Source: Dimorphilus gyrociliatus
Lineage: Eukaryota; Animalia; Annelida
Direction: 5' to 3'
Assembly (NCBI GenBank): GCA_904063045.1
Contig: CAJFCJ010000020.1
Span: 550,916-614,915 of the forward strand
DNA length: 64,000 nucleotides
The position numbers and the translations under genes are program-made. The notes beneath the pieces are model-generated. The model had not been told where the DNA came from. It saw nothing but the letters and a program-made list of their open reading frames with translations, and did no database searches. This document shows, piece after piece, positions 1-11,352 of this stretch (position 1 is the stretch's first letter; the number at the start of each line of letters is the position of its first letter).

Positions 1-137
1 TTTCATCTGCGTATGAAGAAAATATTGAGTAAACCCAGTTGTTGAAAAATATATGAATAGATATTTACATATTTTATTGTACAATGCCTATAAAACTCAA
101 TAACGAACTAGATAAACTTATAAGGTACCAAGTATGA

Positions 138-936
138 TTATCTAGTGTTGTTGAGGCTAGTCATAAATAAATAAATAAATGGATAAATTCTTACTCTTGT
201 TACCATTCCGTCACTGAAAGTCCAAGCTGCAGATGAGTCGCGCCATCTATCAAATGAAAAATATTCGCCCGTTTGACCCGTAACAATCTTCTTGTTTCCT
301 TGGTAATGGTATAATTGGGCTTTTATATAAATTTTGGGTTTAGTACCCCTTAGTCTATCGGATATTGTCTGTAAGGATGGAGTGACATTTGCTGCAGTTA
401 ACCATCGATTTGTAGGTGATCTGATGCCCTCGATAACAACAAGGAAATGGCAAACTATTAAAGCGGGAAAAAGAATTGCTTTTGATGCGACAGAATCACC
501 AAATCCACCAAGAGCAGAACGAATTGCTAAAGCCAATATCGTGTAATATACGCCATGTATCAGAATAGCTATAGTAATTCTCCATGGGGGAATTTCGATG
601 ACAGCCGCCTATAGCAATATTTTTTATTTAACTTTGACATTTTTACTTATTACGCACCTTCTGTAACTTGTGTACATTAATGTTGACACCTCTGGAAAAT
701 GAACTTATCTCATACCAAGGCCTTTCTTGTATTGGTTCGTTTGACGTTGAAAGGGGAATTGATGACGATATGGACGGTAAAGCTAAAGGCGTAAAATAGC
801 GGCTCTCACCAGTTTGGGGAGTCTCAGAATATTCTGGCGGGTCTTCCGGTAAACTTTCGGCTTCTGTCCTTAGAGGATTACGATTGCTTGAAAATATATC
901 ATCATAAGAGGGCGGAGGTTCGGACGGATGAGCCAT
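138..936 (-). CDS. TMEM151-like membrane protein with N-terminal PY motifs; 3' end uncertain or outside the window
   Basis: Exon 936-658 (MAHPSEPPPSY...PPEY...LQK) splices in phase 0 through a GT..AG intron (657-609) to an exon starting at 608: AAVIEIPPWRITIAILIHGVYYTILALAIR..., two hydrophobic segments, then DRLRGTKPKIYIKAQLYHY...KIVT...YFSFDRWRDSS...VTRVRI. This resembles the TMEM151 block RMQQATPCIWWKAISYHY...DYARCGVRDVS...ATRLRF, recalled from memory. A possible donor (AGA|gtaaga) lies near 196. Confidence 0.55.
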
Positions 937-1291
937 ATAATATACTGATGAACGAAATCGTTTGCTTGTCTTATCGAAAAATCAATAATATAATATTTTA
1001 GGCCTATAAATAGCATTTGGCTTAACAGTTAATAGATAAGAGATGTGAATTCATCAGATTTACTGCCTTTAGTTTATTAGTCATTCAATAATTCAATACA
1101 AGAGCACGAGATGGCGTTATTAAAAAGCTGTAATAGCTTTAAATGACAGTTACAGCCTTGAAAGCAGTATATTGTGTTGTAGTCCATATTGTCGAATAGG
1201 AGGAAAATAGCCAATGGTAATCCTCTTCAAATTGTTTTTAGAAAGCAATTGTTAGGTTTAATAAATTAAATTATATATTTGATAGAATAAA

Positions 1292-2136
1292 ATGCAATAT
1301 ATGCTGACTAAGGATGAAGCAGAAAATTTTCTTCATCCGACGCTCTCTATTTCTAAAAGCACATCTCCGTCTTTACAACAAGTTAATAAAATATGTAGAA
1401 GCTTCCAACATGAGATTCCTTTCCAAAATCTAAGTTTTCTCTCAGAGGATAAGCCTCGTAAGTTGCCCACCTTCCAATCCCTAAAGACGGCAATTTATAG
1501 CTTGGAAGGCGGCTTATGTTGGTCAATAAACATTTTCCTCTTATACTTCTTTAAAGCTTTAGGCTGTAAAGCAAAAGGAACTTTAGCCTCTGTTGATAAA
1601 ATTGATGAAGAGGATCATGTGGTGGTTATTCTCGAGAATGTACAAGAAGAAGGGGATGCTTATATAGTCGATTGTGGATTTGGTTATCCTCATTTTTCTA
1701 CCATTAGTTTGCAATTTGAAAAATACTCTGATATTCATTAGCATTCATTTTGCAAATATCGTTATGCAAAAGAAGATGGCTTTATTATTAGGCAGCACTA
1801 TTTCCGAAATGAGTCGCTTTCCGAGACAGTGGAAAACTGGAAAAATGTTTATTATATGAAAGACGATGAAATGACGAAATGGCTTCGAATCTTGCCAAAA
1901 ACTAGTATGAAAATCCCAATAACAATGATCCCCTTGCCAATTCTTTGAGAGTTGTCACTTTTAAAGATAGCAAAGCGATTACTGTTAAAAATGGGAACTT
2001 AAGATACGAAAGCGAAGAAATGGTCCATAAGAATAAAGAGGAATTTCTTCTATCTCTCCAAAGAACACTCCCTTATATTCCGAGTGAGAAGATCAAGGCC
2101 GCTGTCGACTTTATTCATACTTTAAATAATTATTAG
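1292..2136 (+). pseudogene. Arylamine N-acetyltransferase (NAT family), intronless, disrupted by an in-frame stop and a frameshift
   Basis: IPFQNL, GGLC (catalytic Cys), DHVV (His) and IVDCGFG (Asp) are all present. After the in-frame TAG at 1739-1741 the same frame reads on with NAT-like sequence (HSFCKYRYAKEDG...WKNVYY). The C-terminal part (YENP...NSLRVVTF...LPYIP...Y*) is in a different frame from about 1906 to the stop at 2136. Confidence 0.8.
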
Positions 2137-2217
2137 AGGGGGAAAAAGAACAGTAAAAAGCTCTCTTTAATAAATAGCAAACAATAAAAAACATATAATT
2201 GATTCTTGCTGTTTTTC

Positions 2218-3452
2218 TTAGTCAGAATTCAGTCCATAGACCTCATTTATTCTAGAACTAGCCTTGTCACAGACTACGCGGCATTGCTTCAATAAACCTA
2301 ATAAGAGCAAAAAAGCGTTAGGCGTGAATGATTATTGCAAGTGTCTTCATCTCATTTACAATTCTTACTTTCTAGATCTTCTTCAGCATCAAATAATAAT
2401 GAATGGCTTGGAATTAATTGCATATTCTCCTCAATTTCAGGCAACCAAGGTCCGTTTTCTTCCAGACAGAGTCCTGTCATATTACAACGTAAGCGCTCCC
2501 GTTCTATTCATATGTAAAAAAAAAGCTAGTCTAAAAATCTGTATAATTATCAATAAGAAGGGAATTAGACGAATTGAAACCTTCTAATAGACTTTCAACG
2601 TCTCTAAATAAATCGAAAACTTCGCTACCTTTCCCTTTAATCCTTTCACCTGTTTAAAAAAAATTATGACAATAAACTCATCAAAACGATTTTATATGCC
2701 AAGGCCAAACCGTCTAAAGCTGTTAAACTAGGCAGAATTTCCTTTACGTCAGAACTATAAGAGTTATTCAGGCAAACAGGATTTGTCAATTCATTCATCT
2801 TATCAATAAGTCTAAGTTCCTTTAATTTTTCCAAATAGCTCAAACATCTTAACGATTGTATACTAAAGAATTCATAGAAAAAATTTCTAAAATGTATAGA
2901 TACAAAGAAAAACGTAATTTATTCTTTACCTGTTTATTAAGTTACCTGAAGCATTAAGGTAGCATAAATTATCTAAGCTCTGCAATCCTTCTGTAAAGGT
3001 GTATAGCATCATTTACAGTTATCATGCATCGGTGATTAAACCGTACCTAAGCTGCTTATTCGGTTCGCAGATATATTCAAATATTGTAAGTTGATTAAGC
3101 TTGACAGAGAAAAAAGTTTAGTGATATCATTAAAGGATAAATCCAACTTCTGCAGTGCTGAGCATTCTCCAATGCACCCTAGGTCTTCTATTCCTTTAAG
3201 AAGACAATCAGATGATAAGAAAAGTGACAGTTGGTAATAGTTATATCCATATTTAATAGCATATTAATAGCTTACCATAATGTGTTAAAGAAATATGATG
3301 AATACTTTCTATATCAAATTCTCCGCTTTTAGATTTTAATAGCTGTTTTGTAATTTGTATGTCTTGCTCGGCATCTATAAAATCGTGGATTTGTCAATAA
3401 AGATAAAAATAAACTATTTTACTAAAATACCTTTTAATTGATCGTCTTCCAT
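2218..3452 (-). CDS. LRRC61: Leucine-rich repeat-containing protein 61-like (multi-exon; missed by the ORF track)
   Basis: Manual splicing gives MEDDQLKD-AEQDIQITKQLLKSKSGEFDIESIHHISLTHYG-IEDLGCIGECSALQKLDLSFNDITKL...LNISANRISSLE-GLQSL...LNASGNLINS-IQSLRCL...LTNPVCLNNSY...ILPSLTALDG-ERIKGKGSEVFDLFRD...GPWLPE...-LLKQC...NSD*. This matches the LRRC61 hallmarks QITxQLLKSxxGEF, LGCxGEC, NPxC and DGERxxGxGSE. ATG at 3452, TAA at 2220-2218, canonical GT-AG introns in consistent phase. Confidence 0.9.
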
Positions 3453-3690
3453 GAAATTCGCCTCTTTTTTTAATTTTAATACCGCTTTAAAACTTTTTGT
3501 TTATATTGTTTTATATGGTTTCCTACGAGAGAACCATTTTTACGCTTTTCGAAACGTCGTAAAATATTTGAAAGTTATTTTCGTACTATTCCTAACGTCC
3601 ATTTCTGGTGTCGCGTAAAAAATAAAGAAATTTACCTGTTAAATTAATTATTTTATTTTACGAAGCTAGAGAGGTTCATTTTATTGCACA
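3453..3690. promoter_or_regulatory. Probable bidirectional promoter between LRRC61 and GKAP1
   Basis: The two ATGs diverge only about 240 nt apart, and the interval contains several CpG-bearing motifs. The function is inferred from geometry. Confidence 0.5.
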
Positions 3691-4728
3691 ATGTCTAGAT
3701 CTATAAAAATTAGCGAAAGTAAATTTGCTTGCTTGCCGGTGGATATTTCGGAGGAGGATGATAGAAAAAAGAATAAAAATGATTCCAAAAAATCAAAGAA
3801 CGACAAGGCTGGGAAGAAACAAAAAGAAAAAGAAAAGAAGCAAGCTTTAAGAAAAGAGCGTAATGAGGTTCGTGCGGTTCTTTTTTTTTCGTTTTTATTA
3901 ATGCCACGTGCGTTTTCTTATAGTTAAGGTCTTTAGCTTTTGGAAGTGCACCGGCCGCCAAAACATTAATAAATATATCTCCGAAAAATATTTCATCCAA
4001 TGATGGAAAAGAAAACGAAAAAACAGAAGAAGCAATTCCTTCAGACACCGAATCTTCAAACGTAAAAATCTCTTCTTTAAAAATATAGTATCAACAAAGA
4101 TAATATATATTTTTCAGGATAAAAAGATAGAAAAGCAGAATCTGAATGATTCGTTTGCCGATTTATCTTTGAAAAATAGGAAAAATTTACCCCCTTCTAC
4201 ACCACCTTCATCGCAAACTTCCATCGACTCCCTGGCTTTGGCAGAAAGTATTGCTAGAGAAAGAGAAGTTCTAATTCTAAAACTTAAAAGCGAGAATTCA
4301 GAAATAAAATTGAAAATGCAAGACCTGGAAATGGAATTACATAATGTAAAACTAAGAAATTCTCTATTGTGTCAAGCAATGAATCTAGGAGAGAGTAAGA
4401 ATTTTATAACGGAATCTAATTGAAGACATAAATTCTTTTTATTTTTACATTAGCTTTGTTTTTTCTCCCTTTTTCCCTTAGTGAAAGATAAGAAAGAATT
4501 ATTAGTTGAAAATTGCCGTTTGTCAACGCTTAATGGTGAACTAACTTCGTGTATAGCTAATTTAAACGCGGAAATTGAAAGACAGAAATCATTGGTTTGT
4601 TATTACTTCTATTGTATTATAACACGTATATATTTATATAAGTATATGAATTTTATGATTATATATTGTAGGTTTCTCTATCCGGATCAATTGATACCAC
4701 AGAATCTAAATCAAAAAAAGTAAACTAA
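3691..4728 (+). CDS. GKAP1: G kinase-anchoring protein 1-like, 253 aa, 5 exons
   Basis: Exons 3691-3867, 3924-4061, 4118-4394, 4482-4594 and 4672-4728 join in frame (762 nt). SKFACL, the Lys-rich stretch followed by NE|LRSLAF, and NVKLRNSLLCQAMNLGE-MKDKKELL match GKAP1 (SRFALL, EANELRNLAF, EVKARNAQLLKMLQEGEMKDK). Confidence 0.88.
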
Positions 4729-7700
4729 AACATAAACATAACCTTAACACAGAATCTAATAAATCTATTTGCAGAATATGAAACACTAAACAAGCTTGAA
4801 TGAAGATATAATAGTACTTTTTTTGAACGTAATCGTTTTTGTCGGTGCTTCTTGTTCATACCCCATCTATCGGCTTAGTATAAAGACGAAAAACGACTAA
4901 AGCGCCATGCAGTGTATGTGAGTGCATCGTACACAATCAATTGTCAACTTGACTCAATCTTTGCGGATACTTTCTTTCTCATTTTCACTTGCACGATAAT
5001 TGGCGTGCAAACCAAACGCTTCCAAAAAGCGTTGGTAAGTGTGCATTCACGTATTTTCCTATGTTTTGTGTTATTAGTTGTTTTTCTTCATTCTTAAAAA
5101 GACTTGTTCGAAATATAAGTTGTCTATTGTTAGATCTATTTTGAAAATTATAGTTTAAATAAAGTTGAGGGATTGAGAATAAACACTAATCAAAGTATGG
5201 TTGATGGGAAAATTTGTACGTTTTCACGTAAGAGCATTTTATATGTCAGCGAAATGCAGTCGTAAAAGCTTTCTTTTGTAGAGCGGAGAACACAGATGTA
5301 CTGGAGTGTTTAGTCTAGTTGTCAGAATCATATCTGTAAGTTTTAGAAAAGAATATAATTTATTTAGTTATGAAACTGCAAAATGTTTCTCCTAATGGAT
5401 GTGACTTTATTATCAATACATTACGCCTGAAAATGTACACTCTTCCTTAAACGAAGAAAATAGAGACGATCTAAGGTATGGTTCGCTTTTCAATCGACTT
5501 TTGATGAGGGTGTACAAGAATAAAGGGTCTTTTCATCAAAACGAGAAAGGGCGTTTGATGTCGTTCGTCCGGCTTGTGTATTAGAATGCTTCGTTTTTTT
5601 TCTATTTCATTGAGGAACGTGACGGAGTTTCTTGTGTTTGTTTACTGTGGCGATTTCGTCTACATTATTAGCTTCTTTAGTATATATATATATATGTGTG
5701 TGTGAGTGTGAGGGAAGAGACAGAAGGAGCTCTTTCTCATTAAACAGCAAGCTTTTCGTGACGGTCCAAATGCGTCTTGTCTAAAATGCTTTAACATAAT
5801 CGTTTGAAGAGGACGAGAATTGATGATGTAAAAGAGAGGAAAAAGCGAGAACGACAGACAAATAAAGGAGAAGACAGACAGTCAGTGAGAAAGAAACGGC
5901 TATGCCTGCGCATGATGCCTAAAAGAACGCTGCAAATCAATCGCTTTCGCTCAGAACTGATACGGCGACCTCGACCGCCTGACTATTATATGTTAGACGC
6001 CTTTACTGCGTGGCTTATGGCGATATGAACTGGAAGATGTCTGTATATAAGTCAGTTAGACGAATTATTCCCCGAGAGTTACGTGATTAAACACAAGTAA
6101 ACTTATTGGCTACACATTCGCCAGTCTCATATAGTTCAAAATCGACTCGTTTGTCACGAACCGAGTTTTTATTACGTTCGGCAAACATTCGTCTCGGTCG
6201 TTCGCACAAGCAATTCCCGTCATATGAACTTCCCATTCGATGTCTACAAACTCGATTATACTACGCACGATGCAGATTCATTGCAGTTTCTATTAAGTGC
6301 CTTGACATTCTCGGCGCACTCTATACAGCGTTTTGGGAATATTAAGCGGACATTTCCGCTTATTGCTACAGGTCATCCCGCATGTGAAAAAAAAACAATG
6401 TAAAAAGAAGTGCCTAAAAAAAAGATGTCTAGTCTATTCACATAGGAGTTCGGCGAAGCGTTATAAGAGTGGGCGTCTCGTAGTGTAGTTACTTGTAAAA
6501 CCACCAGATGTCAGTAGTGTCTGCTTTTAAAAGAATTTCGGTGCGCGTTGTTTTCCTATCAATTTCCGGTGTGAATGACTATTTGACAAGAGGGGGCTCT
6601 TCCTGGTAATTCGTGGCACGAGGCCACGTCGTTTCCGGTAACAGTTTGCAGTTGTTTGCCTCGCCTTAATGCAATAAGCAGGGGAAAATTTCTTTCTATC
6701 CAAGTTTTTTCCTATCAAAATGCAAACATTGCTGCTATTGATTATACGTCATAGAGATTTGCACAAACATGATTTATTGCAACATTTCTAAACGTTTAGT
6801 TTAAAATCGCGAAATGTTATAGGTTGTTTAATGACTTTACTCTATCTGGAAGCCTTTTAGTATTAATTAGATTCATTTTGTGTTTAGTATTTTTCCCTCT
6901 TTAAACTAAAATATTGGCGGAAGGTAGACGAATACCTGTTGATATTTCCATTAATTATTGGTCTAAAGTGGTATACCATTCACAAACTAATCGTTCATCC
7001 ATTCAATTACTCTTTTTATCTTCCGATTCTCACCCATTCCTTTCAAAGACTAATATGTCGGCGAATTCTTCTTCAGTTCTGCACATAATATATCTTTTAT
7101 AATTGCGCAATTCGGCTTCGGAAATGAAATGAATGATGGAAAGAGGAGGAAGAGAAGAGAGGCCATCGAAGTGGAAGAAATAAGCATTAGGCATCTAATC
7201 TGTTAATTTCTCACCCTTATTTAATAATGCATAAAGACATTTCCGTTAAATAATAATAATTTCTCTACCGGTCGCTTATATATTGGGATTAACCGTAAAA
7301 AAATTAATTGATATTTTAAACGAGCTGGTTATTTGCATAAAGTAATAAAGCACGGTATGCACTTACTATGTCAATATAATATTCTATAAATTATACTGAG
7401 TTTGTACGCCCGATTAACCTACGGAACCCGACATGCATATGGAAAAGACCACGTAATTTTTCTGAATTGCCCAAAAATGGAGTAAAGATTCTCGAATGAT
7501 CAATACAAGAAAATAACGATAAATTGCTTAGAGCTAGAGATTACTTGGAAATAGACATGCACATATATATATATATATATATATACAGTATATACAAATT
7601 TATATATATACCTTTAAAGAAAACGGCATATTGTATGTACATTATATATCTATATACAGTATATGTATTCAGCATTTACTGTGTGAAGTATTCTGTATTA

Positions 7701-9205
7701 TATATATATAAATAATAATACGGCAGTGTTCATATTAGTAAAACACGTTAAGATATCAAAGACTTTTTAATGATTAGAAGAGTTATTAGTTTTTTCAAAA
7801 ATTAAAAAAAATACGATGTAAACAAATCGACCTATGGATAATGGTCCTTGGTTAGGCATGCTGTAATGGAGACTTGCAGACTTTAGCCTTATCTTACAAG
7901 GGAACCCTTGATAAAATATAAATGTATATATATATATATATGTGGATATAAAAAGGAAGATTGCTTCACAGTTTGATGATTTAAAAATATAAATAGTTAA
8001 AAACATAAAATATTTCTGGAAATTTCCATGTGTTAACATTTTTTATCCGTTAATTTCATAATTAAAAATGAATAATACAAATAAAATATTCTCCTATACA
8101 GAAAATACATTTCTACAATTTTATCACAAATAGTTTGTTGTATATATAAATACATTACATTAAAATATCAAAACCTAACTTTTAAACCCTGATCTTAGGT
8201 CCATACTTCATATATATTAGTATGTATTTATATAAATATTTTATTATATATATTAATACATAAATTTCATATTAAATATAATTATATTACATTATATATG
8301 CATAGTATATAGTGTTTGTACAAGCATATTCATATTTATCAAAATTTATATTAGTTGAAAAAAAAACAGGAAAAGAGAATTTCTCCATATTATATTATAT
8401 TATGGGACTCTTGACATCAAACAGATGCTCTTTTCGTGGATGTTGCCTTTTAGACAATCTTTTTCTATTTTGTTTCAACCATTATCCATTTTTACATTCA
8501 CCTCGTTTCTTTCTCTCGTTTCCATTTGTTTTTTTTTTTTTATTTCTTTCTTCCATCACTAAAATCTTTTCCCCCCACTTCCCCCTCTTCCTTCACCGCC
8601 TTTCCCTGTTTTCATTTTATACAAAAGCATGCGAGCTTTACAGGGCGACATGCATTAATGGGCGCGTAATCCAATTAGGAATAATTGAGAGAATTTCTAC
8701 TTTGGAGAATTGCACCGTAAAGCGACCTTTTGCGCGAACTATACGAAAAAAAGGAGCGATAAAACTGTCTAGTCAGCTAAACATCATTACCGTCCAACAG
8801 AAAGTCGCTGCATCACTAATTATTCATTGCAGTTGAAGCTGCTAGCTTTCAGGACGCATAACATTGATTACTCATGTTTCATAAGATATTTAACTATTAT
8901 TATACAGAATGATGATGAGTATAATAATATTTGTAATTAAATGAGAAAAAGAGTAGATATTATTTTTTTGTTTTATATTCAGATTGAAAAAAGTCTCGCT
9001 AATGCAAATTTCCATTTGAAGGATATATTTTTCCACTACGTATTTTTTTTGTACAGTTCCTTCTCTCTCCCTCTCTCTCTCTGCTTTTATTCCCTTTCAT
9101 TCTCTTTTTTCCTTATTTATATATATAAGCAATCTTTTAAGAATGTTCTTTATTTCTCATTTTTTCATAAGAAAAAAGTTATAAGAAGTCTGATAAGCGC
9201 ACAAA

Positions 9206-9207
<2 letters not shown>

Positions 9208-9241
<34 letters not shown>
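9208..9241. repeat. (TA)n microsatellite, representative of many TA/CT/GAAA tracts in the window
   Basis: Uninterrupted TA run. Similar tracts occur near 7560, 10060-10330, 19330 (GAAA), 23085, 23460, 33140, 40550, 47660, 48100 and 48710. Confidence 0.95.
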
Positions 9242-9246
<5 letters not shown>

Positions 9247-11352
9247 GTATATTGTATATAATACAAAGTTAAGAAAAATAGAGAGAAAACCCATATTTTA
9301 TTGGCAATATATTTTCTCTTTCCTCCTCCGCATACGGAAAGAGTTTAATTAAAGAAGATATAGAAAATTGTTTGTAATGATAGGTTTTACCAAAGAATAA
9401 TTTTCTTATTATAATGTACACAACTAATTAGTGGAGTTTGTGTTTTTAAAAGTTCTCTAATTTAATACTTTCTGTCAACATCTTTACGTGTAAATATAGA
9501 CTTCTAGAGTAAAAAATACAATGTATAGGCTTACGTGAAAAAAGAGATTGGCAGACACATATTTTTACATTTTTTTCTCTCAAATAGACTATTAAAGAAA
9601 GTATGATATTAAATATTACCCTCTTTTGCATTATATGTAATATCATATATAACGTTTGTATAAATAACTAGCGATTACGCGGAAACTATACCTAGCATCC
9701 AGATCGGATTCTATTAAAAGTTAGGAAATTTATTGGAAGAGTACAAAAGCGTTTTCACATATCTAAAGACCAAGTAAACCAACATAGAGGAATGAAACAG
9801 GATAGCGTCGTGACTTTTGCAAATTGTGAAGTATAGCTGCGTTTTGTTTTCTATTCAGCGTCACCTGCCGATGTGCCTCGGCGTTTCATTCTCTACGCGT
9901 CTTTCAAACGCGTAGGATCGGATGTTGATATTTAGAATATAGTCTGTTCTCAGCTCGTCTCTCTCTCTCTATCTCTCTTTTTTTCTCATCTTCTCTCCTG
10001 CTTTCTCATCTCTTCGTTCTCATTTTCTTGCTATTTCGTATCTGTCTTTCTCGTATAATTAAATTGATATATAAATATGTATATATATATATTTTTAAAT
10101 TTGCTTACATATAGAATATTGAGAGAAGTGTCTATATATATATAAATATATATCTATATATATATATATATATATGTCTATATGCATATATATACATTGT
10201 GTGTATACGTTATATAAATGTAAATATAGATAAACCTATATTTATATACATATTTAAGAATATATATATGTATATATATATATATATTTATATACATATA
10301 TTCTTATATATATATAAATATATATCTGTAGTTTGTCTATGAATGTCCGTATCTATTTAACTCGACTACTGACTGCCGATCTCTCTCTCTCCTACAAGCT
10401 TTTTTGATATATTTCCTTTTCCAGTGTTTTGTTCCGTTTATTAAACTGAGGATAAATATGTTGAGCGGAATCACGTGATACGTCTCGGAAGACTTAAGAA
10501 GGGAGAACTATCATTGTTTATTTCGCTTTCCTTCTCTTATTTTTTTATACATGAAACTGTTCGTTCCTACTACAGCTGTGGGAATTTAAAATATTTTTGT
10601 CGCCTATAGGTTTGTATCAAAAACATTTTCCTTATTGTTTGCCTACTCGTCCTTGTTTTTATTATATCGTTATCAAGCTCTTACTCAAAGAGATTTTATT
10701 ACATAGGGAAACCGTACAGGTGAGTCGTATTGCGGTTGTATACGTCTAAATGACGATGGAAATTTGTTGCGCGAGTTGTTTAATATACAAATATAAAAAT
10801 TTCGCCCTTATCCTTCACATCCCAAAAATAGAGAGAAACGTATATAATACAAAAATCTACAATAGAGTTTTTAAGCAAAGATAATATTTATTAAAATAAC
10901 TAAGTACGTTAAACAACAGGAAACGTTAGAGTTTATACAGAAATAACCAATTGAGAAAAAACGGAAAAATATTGATGTACATTGTGCAAAATTGTGTATA
11001 CAGATACTTGTTTTTTTATGGTTTAGTCGTGTTTGCAGTGTTATATATATAAAAACAAACATATACTCTCATCTCAATATAAATATGAATATGAGTATGT
11101 AGTGTATAAAATTAATGGATATCTATCTATATGTATGTGTGTCTATATCTATGTGTAATGTATTTTATCGAATGTCTCAATCAGTTAGCAAATTTTGTCT
11201 TGAAAGTACAACGTAGCATATGTAAAAAGAATGAGAGTAATGCATGGTGACAAGCCTTTTTTCTCTTTTGACTCTTCGAAATGAAAGCCTTTTATTTTCT
11301 TACAGGACGTTTCTGAGCACCTGGAAGCACATAAACCGCAACCACGGCGAAG

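Noticed and set aside
7524-9261. ORFs rich in IYIYIY or F/L (also near 23016, 26721, 28635, 33012, 48598)
   Set aside because: They are translations of TA microsatellites and pyrimidine tracts, with no splice or homology support.
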